64,000 bases of DNA. Origin: Novipirellula rosea (GTDB lineage: Bacteria > Planctomycetota > Planctomycetia > Pirellulales > Pirellulaceae). The notes below the pieces were generated by a model. That model did not search any database and was not told the DNA's origin. It saw only the letters and a list, made by a program, of their open reading frames with translations. Of the stretch, positions 9,592-19,589 are shown in pieces; positions within the stretch are counted from its first letter, which is position 1; each line of letters begins with the position of its first letter. The translations under genes were made by a program, and so were the position numbers. The stretch covers positions 211,215-275,214 of the forward strand of contig NZ_BAABGA010000029.1 of assembly GCF_039541335.1 (NCBI RefSeq). Reading direction: 5' to 3'.

Positions 9592-12500
9592 ATGGACAAA
9601 CAACTTGCAGCTCGACTGGCCAAATTGACTCCTGCGCAACGTGCGTTGCTACAGAACCGGCTCGGATCGCGTCCGCCATCCGCTGTCAATGATTCCAATG
9701 CGATAGCGATTATCGGAATGGGGTGCCGGATGCCAGGCGCGGATTCCCCCGACGCATTTTGGGACCTGATCCAACAACAACGCGAAAGTGTGGGGCCCGT
9801 GCCGGCAAGCCGTTGGGATCGCGATCAATACTTTGATCCCAGTGGCCGCACCCCTGGGAAAATGTCGGTCGATGCGATGGGTGCGGTCTCGAACGTCGAC
9901 ATGTTCGATCCCGCTTTTTTTGGGATCGCACCGCGTGAAGCCTCGCGAATGGATCCCCAGCAACGATTGTTGCTCGAAGTCGCCTGGGAAACAATCGAAG
10001 ACGCCGGCGTTCCGATCGAACGTCTCTCGGGAACCCAAACCGGTGTCTTTATCGGCATCGGCGGCACCGATTACTCCAAAATTCCCGCTCGCTACCCTGA
10101 CTATTTCGAACAGATTGATGCCCACATGGGAACGGGCAACGCGCTCAGCATCGCGGCGGGCCGGATCTCGTACCTGTTCGACTTACAAGGCCCGTCGTTC
10201 ATCGTCGACACCGCATGTTCATCTGCCTTGGTTGCGGTCCACTCGGCAGTCATCTCGTTGTTGCGTGGTGAAAGTAATGCCGCGATTGCGGGTGGTGTAA
10301 ATCTAATTCTTTCACCGGAAACTACGATCGCGTTTAGCAAGGCCAGAATGCTGAGCCCCGATGGACGTTGCCGTTCGTTTGACGAGAACGCAAATGGTTA
10401 CGTTCGAGGCGAAGGCTGTGGTTTGATCTTGATGAAACGTGCGGCCGACGCGGTTCGCGATGGGGACCTAATCCTGGCCATGATCCGCGGCAGTGCGGTG
10501 AATCAAGATGGGCGAACCAGCGGGATTACCGCACCGAGCGGTTCGGCCCAGCAACGTGTGATCCGCAACGCAATGAAGGCGGCCGAAATCTCGGTGGACG
10601 ATTTGACCTACATCGAAGCGCATGGCACCGGCACCCCGCTTGGCGATCCGATCGAGTTGATGGCGTTGTCGGAAACGTTTGCCGCCCGCGACGAAAATCT
10701 ACCGCCGGTTCACATCGGCAGCGTCAAAGCCAACATCGGGCACACCGAAACGGTCTCGGGAATTGCCGGAATGATCAAAGTACTGAAGATGTGCCAGCAC
10801 CAATGGATCGCGGGTCAGGCTAATTTTGGCAAACTGAATCCGAACGCGAAACTCGATTCGAATCGGCTCCGGATTGCCACCGAGAACCAAGCTTGGACGC
10901 CCAACAAACAGGGACGCTTCCTGGCCGGCGTCAGCTCGTTTGGGTTCGGGGGCACCAATGCGCATGTGATTTTGGAAAAGGCAGTCGGGACCAACACGCC
11001 CGAGCAAGAAGCACCACGCGTGCCGCCGTGTTTCTTTCTGCCGCTGTCGACTCGCAGCGAAGATGCGATGCCCAAAGCGGCTCGGCAAGCCTTGGGTCGG
11101 TTGACCGATTCTTCCACGACCGACGCATTGCAAACGCACAATCTGTGTGGTTCGTACGCAAAATACCGCAGCATGTTATCGCACCGAGCCGTCGCGTTGG
11201 GCGAATCCAGCTCGGAACTTTCCAAAGGACTACAGCGACTTGCCGAGGGCGTCGCAAGTAAACAAGCGGTTAGCGGCCGACCGGTGCATGGACGTCGGCC
11301 CCGGATCGCGTTGCTGTTTACCGGTCAAGGGTCTCAGTACGCGGGAATGGCGTTAGGCTTGGTCCAGACGTTGCCGAGTTTTCAGCAATCACTCGAAGCA
11401 TGTGCGGCGATTCTCGATCCCGTCTTGAATTTGTCTCTGTTGGAATTGATTTGTGACGACGTCCCGAGACGTTCTCTTGACGACACCGCGATGGCCCAGC
11501 CTGCGATCACGGCGGTTCAAATCGCCTTGGTCGATTCACTTGCCGACGTTGGTATCGTTCCCGACGTGGTGGCGGGTCATAGCATCGGCGAGATCGCCGC
11601 GTTGTATGCGGCGAAAGCGTTAAGCAAAGAGCAAGCACTGATGCTTGCGGCTCATCGCGGCCGTTTGATGGGCGAGCTGCCGCAGTGTGGCACGATGACC
11701 GCAGTGCTGGCTAGCGCGGCGGTAGTGCAGCAGTGGATCGATGAACTCGAGTCGGATGCCGTGATTGCCGCCATCAATGGTGACCAAAACACGGTCATTG
11801 CTGGTACGCACGAAGCGGTCGAGCGAATCGTCGCAAAGGCCGAAGCGGCCGGAACGATGTGTCGACCGCTGAAGGTATCGCACGCCTTTCACTCGCCGCT
11901 GATGCAAGATGCTGCCGATCCGCTGCGGGCGAGTTTATCGCAGTGGGTTGGCGACGTAAAACTGCCTCCCTACGTCACCTTTGTCTCGTCGGTCACCGGC
12001 GCGGCGCAAGAGGGAACGATCGACGTTGACTACTGGATCCGGCACTTGATGAGCCCCGTTCGCTTCGGCGACGTGATGGCCGAATTGGCAAACCAAAACA
12101 TAGATCTGGCGATCGAAGTGGGGCCGCGACCTCAATTGACGGGAATGATTCGTCGTTCACTAAAATCCGACGCAGGCGAACCGCTGCTTCGCACCGTCGA
12201 CACGCTGCATCCGGACGACAACGATTACACCAATTGGATCCGTGCTGTCGCCACGGCTTGGTGCGTGGGTGCCCCGGTTGATTTCAGCGCTATCGATCGC
12301 ATCTATCCATCTCAGCGAGTGGCACTGCCGACGTACCCTTTTGTACGCCAACGGTGTTGGCATTCACCTCCCGCTCTGGAATCTGGCATTGGCGGTCAAA
12401 GCGTTCATCCGGTGCTGGGCAGCCGTCAGCGTTTGGCATCCGGTGGTTTGTTATTTATTTCGCATCTTGCGATCAACAAACCTGGTTATCTTTCGGAGCA

Positions 12501-15500
12501 CGTCGTTGCCGAATCGGTGACTGTTCCCGCCGCAGCCTGGATTGACGCATTAGGAATTGCAGCAAAGGAATTGTTTGGCGAGTTTGCCTTCGAGCTTTTT
12601 GAAGTCACGATTCACCGTGCCTTGTTTTTGCACAAGGATCAATCCGTTGAAATCCAAACGACGGCCGATCCGATTCAGGGCGGACAATCACAGATTCAAA
12701 TTCACTCGCGGTCCCAAGGGGATGATTCGGAGTGGACGTTGTCGGCCACATGCCGAGTAAAAAAGGCCAGCGGAACGATGCTGGCGGCCTTAAAAAGTTT
12801 GAGCCCCTCACAAGCCACCGCGGTTGATCGAGCCGGATTCTATGAATCGCTCGCCGCGTCGGGACTTCGTTACGGCGAACTGTTTCAACCGCTGCGATCG
12901 ATCCTGAATCAAGACCACACTTCCAGTGCCCAACTTGAAATCGACGCAAGCTTGGTGAGTGAAGCAAAGCGGTCGCTGGTGCATCCGACTTTGCTCGATG
13001 GCGCCTTGCAACTGATTGCGACCACGATGCCAGCGTCCATTCGCCAATCCGCCGACCCACCCACCTTTCTGCCGGTCGGCGTGGACCGTGTTGTGACGCA
13101 GGACGGAACTGAGATCGCTTCGGCCGTCGTGCGTCGGCACGAAAACACGAACGACCAATGGAGCGAAGTCGTTGCCGATGTCCAATTGCTCGACCGTGAA
13201 GGCCGCATTTGTGTGTCGCTACAAGGGGTGCGTTGCAAACGGCTGCAAAAGGATCACACCCGCTACCAAATGGATCCTCAACAATGGATCTATGAATGCT
13301 CGTGGACTCCCGTATCGGTGGCGGATGGCAACTCGGGTGAGGACCACGACACGTATCCTATCCGCCATTTTGGATCGGCGATTTACCAAACGCTGATCCC
13401 CAAGACCTTTGAACCGAGTTCGTCGCAAGAGCACTGGCTTTGGACACAACCACACACGCATGACGATGTCGAAGCGAGTGTTTGCGAGCTGCTGGAATTC
13501 ATTCAAACCGCGGTTCGCCAGCCCACGACGCCTCTGGTGTCGTTGGTGCTGCAGAGTGCGTTTGGAATCGGCAATGAAAACAGCATCCCGGCGTCCGCGG
13601 CATTGGCCGCCATGGCCCGAGTTGCCGCCAACGAATATCCAGCGTTGCAAATCCGGATGCTCGATGTTGCTGTGTGCGATGCTGCCAGCACCGAACCGGT
13701 TACGTCTTGGCTTGCTCGGCAATCAAATGAAACCGAACTTGCCTTTCGAAATGGTCAATTTTTGTCGCCACGATTGATGGCGTCACCACGTTCGCTCTCC
13801 AAACCTTCTGACGCGTCGCAATTGCCGATCCCGTTGAGCGGCAGTTATCGAGTCCGGCTTGATGGAACCAATCGGACCGAAGGATTGTGGGTCGAGCGGA
13901 TGGCGATGCCGAAACCCAAGCCGGACGAGGTGGTGATTTCGGTCGATGCGGTGGGTTTGAACTTTAGTGATGTGCTGAAGGCGATGGGACTTTATCCCGG
14001 AATTTCGGACGAGGTGGTTCCGCTGGGGATCGAAGCGAGCGGCACCGTGACGGCGATTGGCGATCAAGTGCAATCGGTGGGCATTGGCGACCACGTGATG
14101 GGAATTGTGCCCTACGGATTCGCGTCCGATGTCGCTACAAAAGAATACTTGCTCGTCAAGATTCCATCAGGAATCAGCCCGCAAGAGGCGGCGAGCATCC
14201 CGGTCGCCTACATGACGGCGCATTATGCGCTGCGAAACATTGGCCGGCTTGCCGCGGGCGAAACGGTCTTGATCCATGCTGCCGCAGGCGGCGTCGGATT
14301 GGCGGCGATTGAGGTCGCACACAGCGTCGGCGCCACGGTGTTTGCCACGGCCGGCAGCGAACTGAAACGTCGATTGTTGTCGATGCTGGGTATCGACCCG
14401 CAAAACATTTTTGACAGTCGGGATATCGATTCGCTACACACCATTGGTGCTCGCACCGGAGGCCGCGGCGTTGATGTCGTTTTGAATTCGTTGCCGGGCG
14501 AATGGATCAACCGGTCGCTGGAACTGTTAGCGGCGCACGGCCGGTTTTTAGAGATTGGGAAAACCGATATCTATCAAAACCGACAACTTGGCTTGCTGCC
14601 ATTCCAGGACAACCTGACCTATTCGGCTATCGATCTGGATCGACTGTTCCGGCATCGCCCCGAGCAAGTGCGAACGTTGTTTGCCGAGGTGGCTGAGCAA
14701 TTCGCAAAGGGCATCTATCAACCCAAACCCATTACCACGTTTGCGTTATCGGATTTGCCGGCATCGCTGCGGTTCATGAGTGCTCGGCGGAATATTGGCA
14801 AGATTGTCGTATCGCCTGAAAAGAACGCCACGCATGACGGACGGGATCACGTCACCGCCGACGGGGCTTATTTGATTTCGGGCGGCAGCGGCGCGATCGC
14901 TGCGGGAATCACACGGCGGTTGATTCAGCGAGGTGCGACCAAGGTCGTCCTGCTTGCACGCCGTGAAGCGACCGAGCGGGTCGAAGCATTGATCCGGTGG
15001 GCCGAAGAAAACGGTGCGGAGTGTTTGTATCTGCAGTGCGACTGTACGAACCAAGACGAACTGCTCGCTGCGATGCGGCAACTACCTCCGGCGATGCGAC
15101 CCGTGGTGGGCGTGATTCACACCGCCGGCCTTTTGGACGATGGTCTGATGCACGAGATGACGCCGGAATCCGTGGCCCGTGTGCTGCGTCCGAAAGTCGA
15201 CGGAGCGGTTGCGCTGGCCAAGGCGACCGAAGACCAACCGCTGAGGATGTTCAATATGCTCGGATCGGTGGCTTCGGTATTCGGGTCACCCGGGCAAGCA
15301 AACTATGCGGCTGCGAATGGGTTTTTGGAAGGATTCGCGGCCCGGCGGCGCAACGAGGGGCTACCTGCCAACGTGGTCCACTGGGGCCCTTGGAGTTCGG
15401 CAGGCATGGCGGACGACCCGACGCGGCTAAAGAATCTGGCCTCGCGAGGACTGCGTCCGCTGCGGTTTGATGCCGCTTTGGACCTACTGATTGATGCCGG

Positions 15501-15981
15501 TAATCCAAACGGCCCTCGCTCGCGAGTCATGGTGGACGCGAATTGGCATCAAATGCTTTCTTCGCTTCCCGAATCTGCGGTGCCCTCGATTTTTCGTGCT
15601 CTGCACACTGCCAACGGTCAATCTCGCTCCGAGGCGGTTTCGGCGAAAGACGACGCATTGCTGCAAGAGCTTCGTTTGCTCGACCACGATGCACGGTGCG
15701 AGCGGCTGGAAATCTACTTCAGCGAGCAACTTGGCAAAATCATGTCGTTGGACCCGACCACATTGGATCGATCCGAATCGCTCGGTTCGCTCGGTCTCGA
15801 TTCGCTGATGGCCATCGAGTTGAAAAACACGATCGAAACCAAGTTGGCAATCGTGATCCCGATCAGCCATTTCATGGACGAACCCAGCATTGCCACGTTA
15901 GCGAAGATTGCTGCCGAGATCATCGGAGCCGATGCGGCGGAAGCGAGTCACGAGCAAGAATCGTCGGTCGCTTCGGATTAG
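9592..15981 (+). CDS. Type I polyketide synthase, single fully reducing module (KS-AT-DH-ER-KR-ACP)
   Basis: KS DTACSSALVAV with HGTGT and GHTE motifs. AT GHSIGEIAALYAA. DH HPxxxDG (HPTLLDGALQ). ER MDR-type with GGVG Rossmann. KR GGSGAIAAG with YAAAN. ACP LGLDSLMAIEL. No TE, R or C domain. Confidence 0.95.
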   Translation: MDKQLAARLAKLTPAQRALLQNRLGSRPPSAVNDSNAIAIIGMGCRMPGADSPDAFWDLIQQQRESVGPVPASRWDRDQYFDPSGRTPGKMSVDAMGAVSNVDMFDPAFFGIAPREASRMDPQQRLLLEVAWETIEDAGVPIERLSGTQTGVFIGIGGTDYSKIPARYPDYFEQIDAHMGTGNALSIAAGRISYLFDLQGPSFIVDTACSSALVAVHSAVISLLRGESNAAIAGGVNLILSPETTIAFSKARMLSPDGRCRSFDENANGYVRGEGCGLILMKRAADAVRDGDLILAMIRGSAVNQDGRTSGITAPSGSAQQRVIRNAMKAAEISVDDLTYIEAHGTGTPLGDPIELMALSETFAARDENLPPVHIGSVKANIGHTETVSGIAGMIKVLKMCQHQWIAGQANFGKLNPNAKLDSNRLRIATENQAWTPNKQGRFLAGVSSFGFGGTNAHVILEKAVGTNTPEQEAPRVPPCFFLPLSTRSEDAMPKAARQALGRLTDSSTTDALQTHNLCGSYAKYRSMLSHRAVALGESSSELSKGLQRLAEGVASKQAVSGRPVHGRRPRIALLFTGQGSQYAGMALGLVQTLPSFQQSLEACAAILDPVLNLSLLELICDDVPRRSLDDTAMAQPAITAVQIALVDSLADVGIVPDVVAGHSIGEIAALYAAKALSKEQALMLAAHRGRLMGELPQCGTMTAVLASAAVVQQWIDELESDAVIAAINGDQNTVIAGTHEAVERIVAKAEAAGTMCRPLKVSHAFHSPLMQDAADPLRASLSQWVGDVKLPPYVTFVSSVTGAAQEGTIDVDYWIRHLMSPVRFGDVMAELANQNIDLAIEVGPRPQLTGMIRRSLKSDAGEPLLRTVDTLHPDDNDYTNWIRAVATAWCVGAPVDFSAIDRIYPSQRVALPTYPFVRQRCWHSPPALESGIGGQSVHPVLGSRQRLASGGLLFISHLAINKPGYLSEHVVAESVTVPAAAWIDALGIAAKELFGEFAFELFEVTIHRALFLHKDQSVEIQTTADPIQGGQSQIQIHSRSQGDDSEWTLSATCRVKKASGTMLAALKSLSPSQATAVDRAGFYESLAASGLRYGELFQPLRSILNQDHTSSAQLEIDASLVSEAKRSLVHPTLLDGALQLIATTMPASIRQSADPPTFLPVGVDRVVTQDGTEIASAVVRRHENTNDQWSEVVADVQLLDREGRICVSLQGVRCKRLQKDHTRYQMDPQQWIYECSWTPVSVADGNSGEDHDTYPIRHFGSAIYQTLIPKTFEPSSSQEHWLWTQPHTHDDVEASVCELLEFIQTAVRQPTTPLVSLVLQSAFGIGNENSIPASAALAAMARVAANEYPALQIRMLDVAVCDAASTEPVTSWLARQSNETELAFRNGQFLSPRLMASPRSLSKPSDASQLPIPLSGSYRVRLDGTNRTEGLWVERMAMPKPKPDEVVISVDAVGLNFSDVLKAMGLYPGISDEVVPLGIEASGTVTAIGDQVQSVGIGDHVMGIVPYGFASDVATKEYLLVKIPSGISPQEAASIPVAYMTAHYALRNIGRLAAGETVLIHAAAGGVGLAAIEVAHSVGATVFATAGSELKRRLLSMLGIDPQNIFDSRDIDSLHTIGARTGGRGVDVVLNSLPGEWINRSLELLAAHGRFLEIGKTDIYQNRQLGLLPFQDNLTYSAIDLDRLFRHRPEQVRTLFAEVAEQFAKGIYQPKPITTFALSDLPASLRFMSARRNIGKIVVSPEKNATHDGRDHVTADGAYLISGGSGAIAAGITRRLIQRGATKVVLLARREATERVEALIRWAEENGAECLYLQCDCTNQDELLAAMRQLPPAMRPVVGVIHTAGLLDDGLMHEMTPESVARVLRPKVDGAVALAKATEDQPLRMFNMLGSVASVFGSPGQANYAAANGFLEGFAARRRNEGLPANVVHWGPWSSAGMADDPTRLKNLASRGLRPLRFDAALDLLIDAGNPNGPRSRVMVDANWHQMLSSLPESAVPSIFRALHTANGQSRSEAVSAKDDALLQELRLLDHDARCERLEIYFSEQLGKIMSLDPTTLDRSESLGSLGLDSLMAIELKNTIETKLAIVIPISHFMDEPSIATLAKIAAEIIGADAAEASHEQESSVASD

Positions 15982-15997
15982 GGCGACGGCTGCAGGT

Positions 15998-16303
15998 TTA
16001 CTTCGATTCTTTTAATTTCTTTGCTTCGGCTTCCAACGCAGCGACTTCGTCTTCGAGTTGCTTCAGTTCATCGAGATCGTCGGCCTGTTCACGCGACCCA
16101 GCCAAACGGGGGCGAAGGGTTTGCAGTTTCTTGTTGATAACATCGAGACGCTTCTTCGCTTTTTTATCCATGATTTCGTTATCTAGTGGAGTGAAAGGAT
16201 CAATCAATCCAGCATTGTACTTCATATCGCTCGCACGCCGAGTCGGCTTGTGGAAAAGTCGCAGGCTGGCGGTGAACATCCACTCTGCTGACTCCGCTGT
16301 CAT
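15998..16303 (-). CDS. Small coiled-coil hypothetical protein
   Basis: 101 aa with a Lys/Glu-rich C-terminal coiled coil. Convergent with the PKS stop, 16 bp away. Confidence 0.35.
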   Translation of the reverse strand: MTAESAEWMFTASLRLFHKPTRRASDMKYNAGLIDPFTPLDNEIMDKKAKKRLDVINKKLQTLRPRLAGSREQADDLDELKQLEDEVAALEAEAKKLKESK

Positions 16304-16523
16304 TCATCGTTCTATCCGTCTCGGCAATTACCGGTGCACTTGGTGCAATCGGCACATTCAGCATGACATGCTAACTCGGGCCGCAAAAATCGAAGGAAGA
16401 TCCGCTTTTCTGGGGGGTTTGCAAGCTAGTTATTAATTGAATGCGAAGTCCGTCGTGGATCAATGGCTGCGACGCGAGTCCCTTCCCCACTAGAAAATTG
16501 GCTCAAAGGCGATTTCCGAAATC

Positions 16524-17057
16524 ATGGGTGCCACCGAATCAACACGCAGCGCCGAATCAACACGCAGCGCCGGATCCGAACGCAGCGCTGAATCCGAACG
16601 CAGCGCCGAATTACAAGGCAATCGCTACTTTCGCCGCTCGGTCGCCATCCATCGCGTGGCACAGCGTCGCGGTACCGTCAGCGTCGAATTTGCCTTTGTC
16701 GCCATTCCGATGTTTATCTTGCTGTTTGCAGCCGTCGAACTAGGCCGCGGAATGATGACGGTCCAAGCGTTGGAGGAAGCGGCACGATCGGGTTGCCGGA
16801 TCGCGGTACTCAAAGGAGCCAGCGCCTCGGATATCAAAGCCGAAGTCAAACAATTGACCGAAGCGATGGGAATCTCCAAACACAGCATCGAAATAGAACC
16901 CGCGTCGCTAGACACCACTCCGCAATGGGATCCCGTCACGGTGCGTGTCACTGCGAACTTTGCCGATATGACTTGGTTACCAGTTCCACGTCATTTCAGC
17001 GGCATGAGTTACACCGCCGCTTGTGTTTTGCCTCGTGAAGGCGAGCTCGTTCAATAG
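16524..17057 (+). CDS. TadE-like minor pseudopilin
   Basis: RRGTVSVEFAFVAIPMFILLFAAVELG is the TadE N-terminal motif. An alternative in-frame GTG at 16656 would give a canonical short N-terminus. The first 44 codons of the track ORF are an 18-bp tandem repeat. Confidence 0.65.
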   Translation: MGATESTRSAESTRSAGSERSAESERSAELQGNRYFRRSVAIHRVAQRRGTVSVEFAFVAIPMFILLFAAVELGRGMMTVQALEEAARSGCRIAVLKGASASDIKAEVKQLTEAMGISKHSIEIEPASLDTTPQWDPVTVRVTANFADMTWLPVPRHFSGMSYTAACVLPREGELVQ

Positions 17058-17124
17058 TCTTGATGGGTTAGCGTTCTCTCCACGCCATACGCAATGGCAT
17101 TTCACTTTTCTTCAGCGAGTTACG

Positions 17125-18315
17125 ATGATGCCGCAAATTGCTTTCTCTCCAGCGTGCAAACGTCGCGGGGGCACGATTGTGTTGTTTGCCGTTTTAATGG
17201 TCGTCATTGTTGGTATGGCGGCCTTCGCGGTGGACATTGGCCGGATGCAATTGGTCCGCAGCCAATTGCAGTCCGCAGTGGATGCAGGAGCAATCGCCGG
17301 AGGACTGCACCTTAAAAACAACCCCGATGATATTCAGGGTGCCAAGACGGTGGCGGAAAGTTTTATTGCCAAGAACAAAGTGGGCTTCGTGGTCGATGTA
17401 CCACCGGATACGATCGCTTTGGAAACCGGAAACTGGGACCCCAACACCGAAACCTTTACCGTATCAAACACCAGCGCCAGTGCGATTCGGGTGCACGCGG
17501 TTCAAGACAAAGAGCCTTTCTTTTTCGCGGGCATCTTTGGTCAATCCTCGTTCTCGATCCCACGCCATGCCATTGCATCCGCACCCGGTATCCCGCTGGA
17601 TATCGTCATGGTCCTCGACTTGTCGGGATCGATGAGCTCCGATGGACGCATCGAAGCACTACAACAAGCTTCGCCTGAATTTGTCGGGATGATCGAGCTG
17701 TCGCTGAAAGAAGACCGTATCGGAGTGATGGGGTACGGTGCCCGAAAAGGTAGCTACGATCCCAAAAAAGCGGGACACACCGGAATCATGTATACCGCAA
17801 CGCCGTCCAGCTTGTTTCCGGATCCCTATGACACGTCCACGGACTGGGTTGGCATTCTCGAAGCTCGGATGACAAATGATTTCTCATTCTTGAAGAACAG
17901 CATTCTGTCGAGCAGTTCGTTGACGTCCGACAAATACGGCGGAGGAACTCCGATCGGTGCTGCCGTTCGCGATGGGGCTCACTATCTGTATGCCAATCAC
18001 CGCAAACACGACAGCCACGGTAACAAAGTCAAGATGTTGATGGTGGTGATGAGCGACGGCTATGCCAACAAACCTGAAAACGACCCGGACCAATACGCGA
18101 TCGCGATGGCAAACTATGCCGAAAGCCTTGGGATCGAAATTCACACGATTAGCTTGGGAGACGACGCGGATGTCGCGTTGATGACCGCGATTGCAAACGC
18201 AACCGGCGGTAAACAGTTTTCGGCCACAGGCAGCGGAAGCGAACTTACCCGTACGTTGAAACAGGCCTATCGTAACATCGCCGGCACGATCAACCGCACC
18301 GTTTTAGTGCAATAG
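17125..18315 (+). CDS. TadG-like pilus assembly protein with vWA domain
   Basis: N-terminus RRGGTIVLFAVLMVVIVGMAAFAVDIGRM is a Tad pseudopilin TM segment. The vWA MIDAS motif is VLDLSGSMS. The track ORF starts upstream at 17023, but Met 17125 fits better. Confidence 0.7.
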   Translation: MMPQIAFSPACKRRGGTIVLFAVLMVVIVGMAAFAVDIGRMQLVRSQLQSAVDAGAIAGGLHLKNNPDDIQGAKTVAESFIAKNKVGFVVDVPPDTIALETGNWDPNTETFTVSNTSASAIRVHAVQDKEPFFFAGIFGQSSFSIPRHAIASAPGIPLDIVMVLDLSGSMSSDGRIEALQQASPEFVGMIELSLKEDRIGVMGYGARKGSYDPKKAGHTGIMYTATPSSLFPDPYDTSTDWVGILEARMTNDFSFLKNSILSSSSLTSDKYGGGTPIGAAVRDGAHYLYANHRKHDSHGNKVKMLMVVMSDGYANKPENDPDQYAIAMANYAESLGIEIHTISLGDDADVALMTAIANATGGKQFSATGSGSELTRTLKQAYRNIAGTINRTVLVQ

Positions 18316-18319
18316 AATC

Positions 18320-18775
18320 ATGATGTCATTTTTAAAACCAAAGTCGATTGCTCGTCGTCACGCGAAATCTCGATTCATCGGACGACGAAAATCACACGGG
18401 ATCGCGGCGGTGGAATTTGCCGTCGTCTTGCCGCCCCTGTTGTTGCTGATCCTGGTATCGGTCGAGGTGGCTCGCGCCTTTGCCGTCCAGCACTCGCTAC
18501 AAGAAGCGTGTATCAATGGGTGCCGTATCTACGCCCTTGGCGACAAGACGCAGCAACAGGCAAGTGACATGATTAATCTGTCGCTAGGCGAAGCAGGCAT
18601 CTCGGGACACACTATCGATTTCGTCCCTGCGACCAAGGCGGAGATCACGGCCGAGATGCAGCCGGTCACGGTCACCATCTCGGTGCCATACAGCCAAGTC
18701 GGAGTCGGTGTACAGTGGATGTTGGCCGGCACAACGGTCACGGCCAGTACGACGCTGCCAGCGGAATCACGCTAA
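18320..18775 (+). CDS. TadE-like minor pseudopilin
   Basis: GIAAVEFAVVLPPLLLLILVSVEVARA TadE motif, 151 aa. Confidence 0.7.
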   Translation: MMSFLKPKSIARRHAKSRFIGRRKSHGIAAVEFAVVLPPLLLLILVSVEVARAFAVQHSLQEACINGCRIYALGDKTQQQASDMINLSLGEAGISGHTIDFVPATKAEITAEMQPVTVTISVPYSQVGVGVQWMLAGTTVTASTTLPAESR

Positions 18776-18990
18776 AATTCGCCTGCGTCTCGCCTGGATG
18801 TGTCTTCCCCCCCTCTCTGCAAACTGCTTTGCAATCCTCACTCGCACCCCTGTTCGGTTGAATGCGACGGATGATTCTTCGCAAACCGAAGTCGAACATT
18901 TGCCAGTTCTTGCTACAATCCTGGATTGGCTCGTCCTTCACCACCCACGCTGGCGAGCGAATTGACCCATAGACGACGTACTTAAAGCAG

Positions 18991-19506
18991 ATGATGAGCA
19001 AGAAGAAAAAGAAAAACACCCGCATTCCACACAAATTTTTGCCGTGGATTGATGTTCGCAAAAAGTACCGTTTGTCGCACGCTCAAGTCCAAATGGCTCG
19101 CGAATTGGGGATGTCGCCCAAGCGGTTCGACCGGCTCGCGAACACCGAACATAAACCGTGGAAGGTGCCGCTGCCGCAATTTATCGAATCACTGTACGAA
19201 AAGAAGTTTGGCAAGACCGAACCCGATCACGTGCAGTCGATCGAAGACATGGCGGCTGAACATATGGCCCGCCGCGAAGAGCGAAAAGCAGCGAAAGCCG
19301 CCGAAGAGGCTGCCGCAGAGGTCGCCGAAGAGGCTGCCGCAGAGGGCACTGCAGAATCCAGCGAAGACGGCACTGCCGAAGATGCTCGTGAGCCCTCTGG
19401 CCTGCGAAGTGATGCCCGGGGCGAGGCCGACGTTGCCACAAACGACTCGGTCGACACCAATGCCGAGCTCGATAGCGATGCCAAAGAAGCGTCCGAGCCA
19501 TCGTAA
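18991..19506 (+). CDS. Hypothetical protein with Lys-rich N-terminus and acidic Ala/Glu-rich tail
   Basis: KKKKKN N-terminus and an acidic C-terminal half containing an in-frame 24-bp tandem duplication (AAEEAAAEV/AAEEAAAEG). Confidence 0.4.
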   Translation: MMSKKKKKNTRIPHKFLPWIDVRKKYRLSHAQVQMARELGMSPKRFDRLANTEHKPWKVPLPQFIESLYEKKFGKTEPDHVQSIEDMAAEHMARREERKAAKAAEEAAAEVAEEAAAEGTAESSEDGTAEDAREPSGLRSDARGEADVATNDSVDTNAELDSDAKEASEPS

Positions 19507-19589
19507 CGAATCGTGGATGTCATTCCAGCAAGCCGCCATCGCTCTTGCATCGAAGTGATGCGGGGGCGTCGAGAACAGGCCGGGCAGAA

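Noticed and set aside
9649-15923. Many 60-170 aa ORFs on both strands inside the PKS gene
   Set aside because: All are embedded in a gene with unambiguous KS/AT/DH/ER/KR/ACP motifs. They are GC-driven artefacts.
15543-16436. 297-aa plus-strand ORF spanning the PKS 3' end and the intergenic region
   Set aside because: It overlaps the PKS ACP in another frame and continues antisense to the small convergent gene. It has no motifs.
16441-16743. 100-aa ORF reading PNQHAAPNQHAAPDPNAA
   Set aside because: It is an alternative-frame translation of the 18-bp tandem repeat and overlaps the tadE frame.
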